Assembly (NCBI GenBank): GCA_013265495.1
Contig: MU058463.1
Coordinates: 2,441,523 to 2,505,522 of the forward strand
DNA: 64,000 bases
Origin: Vicugna vicugna
Lineage: Eukaryota
Reading direction: 5' to 3'
The translations under genes and the position numbers were made by a program. The notes under the pieces are model-generated. The model saw nothing but the letters and a program-made list of their open reading frames with translations. It did no database searches and was not told where the DNA came from. This document shows positions 1 to 13,379 of this stretch, in pieces. Within the stretch, counting starts at the first letter, position 1; the number at the start of each line of letters is the position of its first letter.

Positions 1-460
1 ACTGATCTACTTTGTATCATTATAGTTTCATTTGCATGTTATAAAATATTATATAAATAGAATAATGTGATGTGTATTCTTTTTTGCCTGCAGTCTTTCA
101 CCCAGCATAATTATTTTGAGTTCATCTATGTAGCAATAGCTTACTCGTTTTATTTCTGAGAAAATTCATTTCTTTTTATTACTGAGTAGTAATCTATCAT
201 GTGGATACAGCACAATTTATTTTTCCATTCATCAGTTGATGGACAATAAGGTTGTTTCCCATTTTGGCTAGTATAGATAAAGCTGCTATGAACATTTCTA
301 TACCAGTTTTTGTGTAGGTATATGCTTTTATTTCTCTTAGGTAATTGCCTAAGAACAGAATAGCTGAGTTGCATGGTAGGTGTATGTTTAATTTTTAAAA
401 TTGTCAAACTGTTTTCCAAATTAATTGTGCAATTTTATGTTCCCTCCATCAGTATATGAA
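1..460 (-). mobile_element. Old L1 (L1M-type) ORF2 C-terminus/3' UTR fragment
   Basis: Minus-strand ORF 150-419 contains ...KQPYCPSTDEWKNKLCCIHMIDYYSVIKRNE, the degenerate L1 ORF2 C-terminal motif (KQPKCPSTDEWIKK.W.I.T.EYYSAIK). Confidence 0.85.
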
Positions 461-742
461 AGTAGCCAAAACAATTTAAAAAGGAACACATTTGGATGAC
501 TTACACTACCTTATATCAAAGACTTACAAAGCTACAGTAATCAAGAAAATGTGGAATTGGTATATAGATAAGCAAATACATTAATGGAACAGAATATAGA
601 ATACAGAAATAAAACCACACGTATGTGGTCAACTGGTTTTCAACAAGTGTGCCAACGCAATTTACAGGAAGAAAAAGATAATGTTTTCAACAAATGGTGC
701 TGGAACAGTTGGATATCTTTATGCAGTGATATGAACCTTGAC
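461..742 (+). mobile_element. L1 ORF2 fragment in opposite orientation (inverted segment of the adjacent L1)
   Basis: caaagctacagtaatcaagaaaatgtggaattgg...ttcaacaaatggtgctggaacagttgg; ORF 584-781 contains VFNKWCWNSWIS, typical of late L1 ORF2. Confidence 0.8.
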
Positions 743-1673
743 ATTGTAGACATTTTAATGAATCATTATCAAAAAACCTAAGAAAATACCATGGTTTGAA
801 TAGGTTTTTTGGATAATAAGTAAATGATTAGAAAAAATGATTCAATTTAAAAAGTTTAAAAATTTGAATTATCACCATCCAACTGAGGAAAATTCATACA
901 AACAATCATATAAATTGTAGTCAATATTGACAAGTACAATTTATCAATCTCTGATTTGCCTTCTATAAATATATTAAAAAATATTCAATACAATTCTAAT
1001 GTATGGAAAATGAAAATAGCCAAATAAAGTTACATTCTTTATCATTCTGTCTATATAGGCAAACTAATTTATCAATACATTCTTTAAAAGATTGAATAAG
1101 AAACAAGATTAAGCTGTTTTGAAAACAGCTTGCTGGATCAGTAAACCAAAACTTTTTTGTGTCACTGTATTTACCTCTTTTGTGTCTAGATGGAGCCTGT
1201 AGTAGCAAATACAAAATTGAGAAGTGAAGGTGAAAGTTTACCAGTTGAGAAAAAAATTGTTTATTTGTGATCAACTCTCTCAATACTATGTAAATTTAAC
1301 CCTTCATTCTCTGGCTGTTACCACAGTTTTATAACAAAGTAATAAAAACCTACTTTCCTTCTGTATCTTTTTCTGATTTAAACCACATGCAGATTTGTTA
1401 GCACCCTTGCTGGTTTCTAGCTTTCTATGCCAGTAGATGGCATTCTTATTCTTGTTTTTATTTTAGTAGTCTTAGATTCATGATGAACGTAATGCTATGT
1501 GCTAGACTGACATTGATTCTGGTTCCTACAATCCATGTCATCAGGGTGAGCAATTTCTGATGCACACAGAAAGGAGAGAAACACACTCAAGAGAAGGATA
1601 AACCTGTAGTACTTGGAAAACTGAGATATGTCCAAAAAATTGGAGTTTCTTGATTTTTTCCTTTGCTGAGTAG

Positions 1674-2390
1674 TGTCAGGTCTAGTGACGGCAGGAGTTT
1701 TGGGGGAGGGAAAGACTGAAACTTGGCCATTCAGACTATCCCCATCTCTGCAGGGCAGCTCAGTTCCTTGTAGGTTAGCTCCGCCGATGGCTCAGGCATT
1801 CAGGCTGTTTCTGCGCCTTGTTCCCCTATGTGGAGTCGCTGCTGGACTTCGGGGAACATTGACCTTGTGGCAACAGGATCGGGTCTTGGGTCTGCATGCT
1901 GGCTATTTTGAATGTTCCCTGCTCACCTGGTGGCTTGGTCCTGATGGCTCTGCAGGTGTGATAGATTCCCTTAGCACAGGCAGGGTTTCCTCCCCCAGCT
2001 CTGCAGGTGCTGTGATCTGCTCGTCTCGGCCACGGCCTCCGACTGGCCCTGGCTACGACCATTCTCCCCATGGCCTCTGCTTCAGGGTCCCTTTACCCTC
2101 AGTCGGGCGATCTGTGGCTAACTGTCTCACTTGCTACTCTCGGCTGTGGTACAGCTCCCTGTCTGAGAGGACCTTTGAAATGTCTGGTCCCCATCCATAC
2201 CCTCCAAACGGGGCCACCGGAAGCTCAGGGCCACCATTTCTGGCCTGTTGCCTACATGTGCCCCACTGCCATTTCTAGTCTTCTGTGACTACCAGGTTCT
2301 GGGTAAGGGCATAGAGCCAAGTGGCATCTCCCCTGGGTTCCAAAGAGGAAATAGATCCAGTCGCCCCTGTCTTTAGCTTAACTTACCGTC
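1674..2390. mobile_element. GC-rich segment, probably an ancient LTR (MamGyp/ERVL-like)
   Basis: Abrupt switch to GC-rich sequence beginning TGTCAGG. The overlapping ORFs have no recognisable protein character. The family assignment is a guess. Confidence 0.3.
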
Positions 2391-2394
2391 TCTC

Positions 2395-2522
2395 ATTGCA
2401 AGACACAGTACCCCTGCTTCCTGCTAACTAAATGCCAGTAGTGCTCAAAGGGACAACTAACCTCCTCCCCGATTTCCAAATCCTACCCTAGGAGGCAGTA
2501 GCCTTCCCACTGAAAACCATTG
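2395..2522 (-). mobile_element. MER20-like hAT-Charlie non-autonomous DNA transposon fragment
   Basis: Reverse complement reads caatggttttcag...atttggaaat...ttgtc...ctactggcatttag, resembling the MER20 consensus. Confidence 0.5.
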
Positions 2523-2660
2523 CTTTAGACAGTACCTTCCCATAACATGTTTATAATCTCTCCTGAGTCTGCAGGTCACAAATTTAGCAATATTCAGCAA
2601 AATGAGCCTTTTTTTTTCATATACGTTCAGATAATTCTGGCATCTATGCTGTGGGACTTC

Positions 2661-3460
2661 TTTTTTTTTTTCTTTTTGAATTTTTATTTTATTTTATTTT
2701 ATTAAACTTTTTTTTATTGAGTTATAGTCATTTTACAATGTTGTGTCAAATTCCAGTGTAGAGCACAATTTTTCACTTATACATAAACATACATACATTC
2801 ATTGTCACATTGTTTTTTCATTGCGAGCTACCACAAGATCTTGTATATATTTCCCTGTGCTGTACCATATAATCTTGTTTATCTATTCTACATATCCCTG
2901 TCAGTATCTACAAATTTCGAACTCACAGTCTATCCCTTCCCACTGTCCCCCTCCCCAGCAACCACAGTTTATATTCTATGTCTATGATTCTATGTCTGTT
3001 TCTGTTTTGTATTTATGTTTCTCTCTTTTTTTTTTTTTTTTAGATTCCACATATGAGCGATCTCATGTGGTTTTTTTCTTTTTCTTTCTGGCTTTCTTCA
3101 CTTANNNNNNNNNNNNNNNNNNNNNNNNNNNNNNNNACAAATAGTGTTATTTTGTCGGTTTTTATGGCTGAATAGTATTCCATTGTATAAATATACCACT
3201 ACTTCTTTATCCAGTCATCCGTTGATGGACATTTAGGCTGTTTCCATGTCTTGGCTATTGTAAATAGTGCTGCTGTGAACATTGGGGTGCAGGTGTCATC
3301 CTAAAGTAGGGTACCTTCTGGATATATGCCCAGGAGCAGGATTCCTGGGTCCTATGGTAAGTCTATTCCTAGTCTTTTGAGGAATCTTCATACCGTTTTC
3401 CACAGTGGCTGCACCAGACTGCATTCCCACCAGCAGTGTAGGAGAATTCCCTTTCCTCCA
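2661..3460 (-). mobile_element. Young lineage-specific 5'-truncated L1 with perfect TSD
   Basis: Poly-T at 2661 followed by L1 3' UTR/ORF2 end in antisense. Perfect 19-bp direct repeat ctatgctgtgggacttctt at 2644-2662 and 3461-3479. Confidence 0.95.
3105..3136. other. Assembly gap (32 N)
   Basis: Run of N inside the young L1. Confidence 1.
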
Positions 3461-3814
3461 CTATGCTGTGGGACTTCTTGATACAAGTGTCCACATTATT
3501 AATAGATCTGGGGACTCCTAAGTTGCCCAGGAATTTTTTGAGAACAGCAGCCCCACACTATACTGTCTTCCATTCCTGTCTTTTGCCCATTTATCTATTG
3601 AACTATTTTCTCATGGATTTGAATTAACCCTTAATAACTCTCTGCTATGATTAGGAAAATTAGCATCCAGAGACACCAACAGATTCACAGAATCTCAGGG
3701 GTGGGAACTAGGTTTATCAGGACCAAAGCTCTAATCTTCTGTCCAGAACTTTCCTATGTTGTAAGATTATTGCCTTATAAATTAATCCATTGGTTTTTTA
3801 TTTGGAAATCAGTG

Positions 3815-3838
3815 TCATCATCATCATCATCATCATCA
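3815..3838 (+). repeat. (TCA)8 microsatellite
   Basis: Read directly. Confidence 0.95.
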
Positions 3839-5504
3839 TAATTTATTATTATTGATGTAAATCAGTTCAGGAGGGCCTGATTGTACCTGGGTAAAGTGAC
3901 ACACTGAATTTCTAAACCTGCAGACCTACAAAGTAAGGACCCCACTAAAGCTACAGCCATCTTAAGAGACCCAGCCTAAGGAAGCCTTTTAACTAACTTA
4001 GTTCCTCTTCAGACCCAAGGAGCCATGATTTTCCTTGGTTTCTTATTCTATATTTATCCATTTTTATAGTCAGACTTTGTTTACTGTATTGTCTGGATTT
4101 TTTTTTAATGCAAAAGTCTACATTTCCTAGATCTCAAAATCCATCCTGGAACAGTCCATCTTGTCTGGAACCAGATAATAAAGTGAATCAAACATATAAA
4201 GCCAAAACAGAAACAGTCTTATCTTCTTCTTTTGATGTAGCAAGCCTTATTTAAGGGGGAGAAAATTAGCATGTTCTATACAACATTAGGAAAAAACCTT
4301 CTCTTTCAGGAGCAATTTTTATGATCCAATTCCCCAATTTGAGTCCTTCTGATCTACCTGTTATTCTTTCTAAGTCAAGAAAAGAACATTAGGGGTAATG
4401 GTTGAGTTGTGAATGATAAACTCTATGTGTGTATTAGAGAGAGAATGCATATGTAGCAATTGACTTAACTAGGAGTGCAGCCCTGTGCACATTTATGTCT
4501 GAGGTCCAAATCAAGCCCTTAACAGGCAAGATTCTTTAATATAAATGAGAAATAGGCTCTGTCCTGCCATAATGACCTGCAGCCTCTCAGACATGACTCT
4601 CTACAGACCGATCAGTCCACAAAAAGGTTGGCCGGCTCACTGAAGCCATTATCTTTTATTTATGCAGATCAGATTGTGACAATCCTTGGAATTTTTTGTT
4701 TAATCTTTTTTTTTTTTTAAATCCTCTTGATATGATCTTTTCTTTCTGCTTCTGTATAGGCAACTCCCCAAACAAGCATTTTCATGACTTTCCAAGTCAT
4801 TGAATGAAAATATTAGAGTATAATTTGGTTAGCTTGTATTATTCCACAAAGAAAAGTGTTTTAATTTTGGAGACTACTAGATAAAGGAAGAGGAAAAAAT
4901 TCCTTAATTTTTTAAACCACACAGGGACTTATGTGCTGTGCCAACATACTAACCAGCACCGAATCCCAATAGCTTACACTTTCATTATTTCATATGCCCT
5001 CTAGAGTTTTGGATGTGGCTCAGAAAAAAAAAAAATTAAACAAATTTCTTACATAAGGCCCTAATTTTCAATGGATGTACTTAAAAAAAAAAACCTTGCC
5101 TTTTTTCTTTTTACATTTCCCATTTGTCAATATTAGCTACATGTTCATGAATGAGAATTTAAATAGCATACATCTTGTAAAAAAAAACATACCAGGGTGG
5201 CCGTTCTTAATGTGTGTGCTTCTAGTGATCATCCCCTCTTAGGGAGTGAGGGGGATGTTCAAAAGTGGAAGTTGAAAGAAAAAGAGAATATTACTTCTGA
5301 GTGTGGCAGTTTGGTCTCCATTGCATATTACTTTTATTTTTTCCTGTAGTGTTGTTCTTTCTTGCTTTTATCTGAGCCGAGAAGCAAGGCAAGAAGCCCA
5401 CTGAGAGATCAGGCAACCACCATTGTAGGAAGGATTTTCCCACTTGATTAGGGGTAGTGCTGAGTTCAGCTGACATCCTCAGGGTTTTTATTCCTGCGTT
5501 TAAT

Positions 5505-5980
5505 CCACGAGCATTTTATTGAATGTTAATTATTATGTTTCAGTTACTCTGCTAGATGTTATGGCAGATAAAAGAAAGAATCAAAGACAATGCTTGCCTT
5601 TTTTCACTCATTTGATAAACATTTGCTATCCACTGGCAAAACAACAAAGAATACAGAATGGCATGGAAGACAACCTGAGTAAGTGATGGTGTTGTTACAG
5701 AAAAAGGATCCGTTGTACTGGCTGTCATCAAAGTAAAGGTACGGGGTGTTAAGGGAGCATAACACACAGGGATGCTAAGTTAGTGTGTATGTCCAAAAGT
5801 TAGCAAAGTTCTCCCTGAAGTAATAAAGTTTACGTTGAGACCGGAAGTATGAGACCAAGTTAGATATTGGAGATGGTAGGGGTTGAGTGTGTCCTGGGAA
5901 GCTGGGAGACAGCTGTGTGAAGGTTAAGTTGAGTGGTGCATTGTGAGGAACTAAAAGAAAACTCAGAGCGAGGTAAGTAA
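5505..5980 (-). mobile_element. L2 fragment(s)
   Basis: cattttattgaatg...; purine-rich L2 antisense pattern (ttctccctgaag...tgtgtcctgggaag...agctgtgtgaagg...tgaggaact). Confidence 0.55.
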
Positions 5981-8623
5981 GACTCAGTTCCTTTTTCTCA
6001 TTGAGATCATGAGTTTTGAGGGCTGCTGTTAAGTGGCCATGAGTGGCTGTCTTCAGTGACTGGAAGAGATGGGCTGCATTTGGAGCAACTTGCCGTCTGC
6101 AACTCACATCTCACTGGGAGGAGCGGGCAAGCCCCTGGGAAGCCAAGGATGGGGGAGGGGAAAGAGAGTTCAGGAAGTAAATTGTTTGGGATGGAAGTAA
6201 TATAAAGAACCAGCAACCCATAAAATATTAATTGATGATAAGAGGAAAATGTCTCTCCACAACCAAGGAATAATTGAGCTCCTGAGAGTGGACATGGATT
6301 GTATTTCAGGCTTCTTATCAGTATTATTAACAGCTTGCTAGGGGTGCAGTTTTAGCTGTTGGTTGAAGGCAGGGAGTTAAGATAGTGGGATGTGAGGCAG
6401 GAAAGTTTCCTTAGAGAATTGGAGAAGAGATGGGACTAAATTGTTGTGTCAGGGAGGGAAGGTGTGTTACAAGGCCTGGGGAGTCAGGGGCTCTGTGGGG
6501 ATAAGGAGGTGAGAAGGCTTTAACTGCAGCACGTAGTCATCATGTGACTGTCCCATACGCAATCTGCAACTCAGGGTGGAGGCCACCTAACTTCTTAAAT
6601 AGGAAGTTTGTCACAGTCCCCTCCTCTATGGTCATCAGGAAGCCATTTCCTACTGTGAGAAAGAAAATTGCAGCATTGGTAGGAAGAGATGTGTTTGGGG
6701 TCAGTGACAGAATAGTTCTGTAAGGATATTACCTGAGTGTCCTCAGGAAAGAAGGACAATGGTTGTCTTACAACTGAAACGGAATATTGCCCTCAATTGC
6801 ATTGCATTCATGATGAGTTTCTTGTCATTATAGTTAGGGCATTTCTTTCTCTATACTTAAAAAATATATACACATTAAAAATACAGAATTTCTCCAGAAA
6901 AACTGTTCTTAAAGAAAAACCTTCATAGCTTTTATTTATGATGGATCAGGAATTTTATTTAAGTTTTGCGATGAAGAAACAATAGAAACTGATATAGTGA
7001 CTCAGAGGGACCTGTTAGCTAATAGAGAGCATTTGGAACTATAAACTTATGCTAATGATCCTTGGCAGTACCAGAGCACTTGGCAGCACTCAGCAAAGGA
7101 ACAGGGGATGGGACAGGGATGACAAAGTCATCGAAAGGACCCAGAATCTATACACACACAGGAAACCCTGCAGGCTGAATGTATACCATGTCTCACACAC
7201 TCATATGACAACTATTTTCAAATATCTGGACCTGCTGTTTTGATGAATAAATTCAAATTGATATTAAAAAAGAAACAATCAGAAAGAACGTATTTGACTA
7301 CATTCATGTAAAAAAACCAGTGGTGACGTCTGCCATGTGAAGTAGAGATCCTTGGAAGTCAGAAATAAAGTTAGATCATAACAGAAAAGGAGGGCAAAAT
7401 ATACCTTAAAATAACAACAATAAAAAACTCCCCAATTCATCTAACCAAGGCTGCTCGGACCCCCTCCAGTAGAGCATGTCATCTGGGCTGACGCCATCTT
7501 TGCATGTTGTCATTGACGAATCCATGTTGTTTAAGGCGGATACTCATCATATTGATACTAATCATGGAAAATGACCATCCAGCCTGATGTTTCAGTGTTC
7601 CAGCATGAGCACTCCCTTTACAGGGCACATTTGTGAGAATTCAGTCCTTATTTATTGCCTTCTGGGTGCGGCAAGCTATCTTGTTCACGTGTAAGAAACT
7701 ATAATGCATCTTTCACATTTAAAGTGCCCTCTGAAGCTTTCTGCTTCACAGCCTCTATCCTTCTTTCCCCGTTACTCTAAATTTTTCATACTGTCTTGAG
7801 CATCTCTCAAAGAATTGCAGATTCTAGCTGGAACATGATTAATTTAGCATGTGGCCTCCTCCGATGGAGTGCTCTGCTGTCCATCCTCCTTACACAAGGC
7901 GACTTCTCCTCTCGGCTCTTAGCAGGAAAAGTGAATTAAGGCAGAGGCCCCGGTTGTTCTGATGTGCTGCTTGAAAATGAATTTTTACTGGCAGTGCCAC
8001 AAAGTCAAAAGTGTGGTGTTGCAAAAGTGAAATTACAATGTATAGTTGATGTTATTTTAGTTGCAAAGCTCAGTCACCCCATTTCCCTCTCCCAGTTTGC
8101 CAAGGGAATATCTATTATTCTTTATTTGGAGGTGGAAGGCAAAACACAGGCGTTTCTCCTCCTTAAAGACTCCCTGCCTTTATTTTGTTCACCTCTCTAA
8201 CGCTGTCTTTATTTCATCCGCTAATGTTTTCTGTGAGAAGGTCACCTCCCTTTGCTATTGAGAAGAGAGGTACTTTTATTTCCAGTGTTGTAATTCTTTT
8301 AATAGAACTCATCCAGCTAAACCATGAAGGCTGATCCTCTGCAGTCACAGATGGCTTCCAGCGGCATTCACCATCGAAATCTGCTCCAGAATATCTCCTA
8401 GACCTGGGCCCATTTGGCTTCCATAATTTTCATGAAGAAGGACAGTGAACAGTGTAAACCTCTTTTTTGAATGGTATTTTGAAATCACATTTGTGTGTAT
8501 CTCCTACAAGTTAATTACTTGCCCGTTTTAAAAGACTCTTTTTGTGTAAGAGATGTGACTATCAGGAATATAACCTATTTAGCAAGATGCCTGATTGACT
8601 CAATCAATCCATGCTCATATTAA

Positions 8624-8668
8624 TGATGAGGAAGAGGAGGAGGAGGAGAGGAAGAATGAGGAAGATGG
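8624..8668 (+). repeat. GA-rich (GAG)n low-complexity tract
   Basis: gatgaggaagaggaggaggaggagaggaagaatgaggaagatgg. Confidence 0.85.
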
Positions 8669-9659
8669 AATGCTGCGTTTTGGAAGATGTCACTAAAATA
8701 ACCTGTTGATAAGACAAAGCTGAGATCCTCTGTATTTCAGAGTCCTAATAACGAATGGAAATTTGGCTTAAAGCAGGTCTTTTAAAGTTGGGGAGTAGTG
8801 GAGTTTGGAGGAGTTGGGGGATAAGGGTACAGGAAGTATGGGAGGGAAATGTTCATTGAGTTTGCGTGACGACCATGCTATAAGAGCTTAAGATTGGTGA
8901 AATCGAGAATTTTGAAGGGTCTTGGAAAGTAATCAGTCATTGGATTGAAGAGCGGAACCTTTTAATGTTCATGTAAGCGGGATTTTCATCAAGTTCCTGG
9001 AACCAACAATAAAATTATATATTTGCAACTTTTCTCTTCTTGGGCAAATTTTCTGAAGCACTACAGTAATGTCAAGGAAGACAGTGAAACAGTAAATTTC
9101 TGTTAGTGAAGAGTGAAGACAGCTGCTAGGAAAGCCACACCAGCATCGTGGTAAATTGTGTGGGTGTAGCTGGCTTCCATCCTCCTTCCCCCTCTTCCTT
9201 ATCCTCTTCATCCTTCTCCTTATTGTGGCATTTTGAAGCTGAAGCCATTTACTTTCAGGGAATTAGTTACTTGATGTGTGTGTGTGTGTGTTTTATAGTA
9301 TGGTAAATATTCTGTGCTGCCATGAAAAGAACCTGTCTCGGGGAAAACTTTTCTTCAAGGCCATTTCAAACATTGACTCTTTATGAACTCTGACCACGGT
9401 GCTGGAGAACTACATGCCCTTCCCCTGTGACGTATTAGGATTTACTGCTTTCCTGACTCCTCCTCCCACAATGTGAGCTCCTCAAAGTAGAAGTTGCATT
9501 ATTTTTCTGTCATCAAATACTTTTCTCCTTAATTCCAGGGACTGTACTTTGTGTTAAAGAAACCATGAGAAATAAAAAGCAGTGCCTGCCATCTTTGAGT
9601 TCTTGTTCCACTACAGAAAGTAAATGAAATAACTGTCATTAATTTACCTTTTTAATGAT

Positions 9660-10200
9660 TCCATGTGCTTAGTAGAGCATTGCACCCAGTAGTGTAGCAA
9701 CAATTCTGAGATGAGTGATTGTACATCCATGAGGTGAGTGTGAAATGGTATTTTATTGTGGTTTGAGTTTCCTGAGAAAGTTCACATATACCCCACTTCT
9801 AAATAAATTAACTTTTTATATCACTTACTCATGTTTTGTTACTAGATCATTGTCATTTAAAAAATGAATATGAAGAATTTTCTTGTATATTCTGAGCAAA
9901 AATTTCCTACTGGTTTTATGGATTGTGAATATCTTCTCCCTGTGTCTGGCTTGCATCAGTGTCATTTTTTAATATACTGCCTTTTGTGGTCCAGAAGGTT
10001 TAATTTTAATGTATTAATCTTTTCCTTCATCGCAAGTGCGTTTTGTGTCTTGCTTGTGAAAATCCCTACTTTAATGTAATAGATGTGTTCTCTATTTTCT
10101 TCTAAAAGTTTTAAAGTTTTGCTTCTTGAGTTTATTGAATTTACTGTAATTAATTTTTGTGTATGGTGTAAGGTAGGCATTTGACTTTTAGTTTCCTCAC
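9660..10200 (-). mobile_element. Old L1 ORF2 fragment
   Basis: ORF 9962-10276(-) contains TLKLLEENREH...TQNALAMKEKIN, matching L1 ORF2 TIKLLEEN...KAQATKEKI. Confidence 0.8.
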
Positions 10201-10602
10201 GTGATTCACTGATCAGCTGAATACTTAAGGGAGAACCTCTACAAATCTCTGAAGGTTCTTTCTTTGTGCTGCTCACTCCTGTCTTTTACTTTGTCTTTCT
10301 AATTCTAGCCTCCTTGTTGTCCCTGAATTCTCAGCTCCATCTCTTCAACTCAGTTTGGTTACTGGGCTATGCCTGAGTTCCTCCTCCCTGTTCTGTGGCT
10401 TGGAAATGCTCTCAAGGCAGTAAGCTGAGCAGTCATGGGGCTCACCTCATTTGTTTCCATTTCTTAGGGATTACTATCTTTAGATGCCTGATGTTGAGTG
10501 TCCTGAAAACCTTGTTTTATATATTTTGTCCATTTTGGGTTGCTTTAGACAGGAGGGTAAATCTGGTCTCTGTTATTCCATCTTGACTGGAAGCAGAAGT
10601 CT
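10200..10602 (-). mobile_element. Ancient L1M/HAL1-type 5' end
   Basis: Reverse complement begins acttctgcttccagtcaagatggaataacagagaccagatttaccctcctg, the characteristic start of old L1/HAL1 5' UTRs. Confidence 0.7.
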
Positions 10603-11867
10603 GAAGGCAGTGAGAATTGAACTAGTTAAGATCTGAAGCTGGAGAAGTCAACATGGAAGAGCTAATTTTATGGATCCATAATCTGAAAGAGAGCTCACAT
10701 TGATTCAACACGATGAACTGCGGAAATGGTGGCTTCGAGAGGTGAAGTGACTTTCTAGGTGTGAGCTATATACCAAACAATGATTACTGTCCAGGAAATC
10801 AGGTGGTGGCTTGGTGTATTTTCTCTGAGCTCTGGCATTGTATTTGGAAAGACAAGTTAAAAAGGGCATATTTTCCCTCTCAGTGTTCAGGGGACCTAGG
10901 AGAGAAGGCAGTGGTTTGGGCTAGGATAAAATCAGTGTGGTCCTAGGAAAGGAAGCAGATCTCCTGACGATGGTGGCCTGAGAGTTCTTGTGACCTAGCT
11001 TCCAAAGTCCTGTGGAAAGACTTCCACCACTGTCCATTGATAAAATGCGAGTCACATGGCCAGCCAAAGGCAAATGAGGGAACACAAGGATGTGAATATC
11101 AGTGTGGTTACTGAGGTGAAGATCTTTGGTGCCAGTAATCATAGTAACCCACTAAACGTTTTGAGTGGAGAAATGGGAAATAAAGTGAGAAACAGAATAT
11201 GGCCAAATCATGAGCATCTTGAATGCCAGAGTATAGTCAAAGGGACCCTAAATGCTCTTGTGCATTGGATTAATAAAGCAAAACCAGTGTTTTAGGAAGA
11301 ACAGTCTAGTATTGACATGTGTTCTGCTTAGAACAGGGAGGACTGGATGTAGATTGAGATGTTAGGAGGCTGCACAATAATAATTCAGGTGTGAACAGGT
11401 AGAACCAGAACAAAGGTGGATGCAGTGGGGATAGAAAAAAAGGGAGACTTCTAGGATATTTTGATTCCAATTTGATGTTAAGAATCCTGCCTAGTAGAGA
11501 GATGTGTTTCCATTGGCACACGATAGCTATGAAAACCTAGTGAAGAAATATGCTAAGTCAAGAAATACATTGTCAAAAATTTTTCAGGAATTCATAAGAT
11601 GATAAAGAAGACCAGAGACATATTAAGCAAAATGGGGGGCAGGAAGGAAGTAGAGGATAGAAACAGTGACCATGAAAGTGAGAACAGGGACAATGATTAT
11701 ACCTAAAGTACACAGGAAAAAATATTCATAGGGGAGGAGACAAAAAACACACTGAATAGAAATGCATACCATCTATGTAAACTCAGCAGAGAAACAATAA
11801 GACATAAATCTCAGTGACATCACCACTTCAATATAATAGCACAATAAATGATTTTTATTAGTGATAA

Positions 11868-12280
11868 CACATTCATTCATTTAACACACACTTCTAAATA
11901 TTTACCATGTACACAGCCCTGACTCATCCCTGACACTATTATGTACACAGAGAGAAAAAAGACCCTCAAATCTTACCATTATGAAATTTGCAAAGTGTTG
12001 ATGACAGATGTGTACAGAAAAATTTGTAACATTATAAATGCTAAGTGCTAAAGAAGTCGTAGGAAAAATTACTTAAAACACAGAAGAGGGAGTGAATAAC
12101 TTTTCTGAGGATGTCAGAGATGACTTCACAGAAGATTGAGGCAATCAAGAAGAATGGGAGTTCGGCAGCTGGAGAAAGTGGATCGTTTCATTCCAGATAG
12201 TGGAGACTCCCGGCACAAGCAAAGGTGGAAGATTTAGAAAGCATGATGGATTTGAAGATTAGCAGGAAGCCTGGTGGACT
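11868..12280 (-). mobile_element. L2 3' end fragment
   Basis: cattcattcatttaac (L2 tail repeat in antisense) followed by degenerate L2 body. Confidence 0.65.
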
Positions 12281-12944
12281 CTGTTCACCAAGGTTGGGAA
12301 GTTGGGAGATCGTTTAAACTATTAAAAACTATTTGGAATCTTTGGCACCCAAAGGTTAAACTGTCAGTTATCTGGAAGCCTATTCACCCACAATAGCTCT
12401 TTATTGCCCAAACTTCCCATTCCAAAGTGTCTCTTTGTGGTATTTACTACTATTGCCTACTCTTAATCTCTTCCCTTCAATATGGTGGTATGACCACCAC
12501 AAGATTTGTAGAATCTCTGAGTGAGGTAGAACATATGTGTCCTATGTTTTGAGGCAGCAGACTAGATTGAAGAGGCAGAATTAAGTCACATGATAGGCAT
12601 TCTTGGGATATCCTATGTGACTTTGGAAAAGCTGGGAGAACTAGATCTATTTATCTATCTATCAATAAATCATCAATTTATATCTCCAAATTGTGATATG
12701 AAATGCCCTTGGATAATATAAGAGTTATCAACCAGCATGGATTAACAGTGCAGAATGCAAACTACAGGATTGTCATTTCTGCAGATGTTACCAAGCAGCC
12801 TGTTAAAACAGTGCAATATTCAACTTCATTAGCTTTATCCAAAACACAAAGACTGCTGTTTAAAGTGTGTTCTTTGGGTAAGTCGTTTTTCAGGATAATG
12901 CTAATATATAACCTTTGTAAATAAAGTTTCAGTTCACAAAGTGC

Positions 12945-13140
12945 TGCCACATCCATTATTTGGCTCACTCTACCTCTAAGAAGTAGGTAGACATTTTCCC
13001 TCCCATTTTACAGGCTAGAAAACTGAAGCTCAAAAACATTCAGGGCTTTGCTTAAGACCAGGTAGATCCCAAGTGGAGGAGGCAAGATCGGAACCTAGAT
13101 CTTTTGACTTTAAGTGCTTTGTCTTGCTAGAACACTGCAG
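12945..13140 (-). mobile_element. MIR SINE
   Basis: cccattttacaggctagaaaactgaagctc...cttaagaccagg...gaacctagatcttttgact, the MIR core. Confidence 0.75.
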
Positions 13141-13379
13141 CTTCTTCCTACAACCTGGTGATTCTGATTTAACTTTAAATCTTTATTGCCAGTGCAAACG
13201 TATATAATTTAAAAGTTAGGGCACTTAAGCACATTAGTAAGTAAAAATATACCAATAACTTCAATAGAAATATGGCATTTTAAAAAATGTAATTTGTACA
13301 TTTCTGCCATAGACATTATTACCCTGCTGATAAAGAACAGTTTGTTTTACTTATTTACTTGATAATGATGATGACCAAC

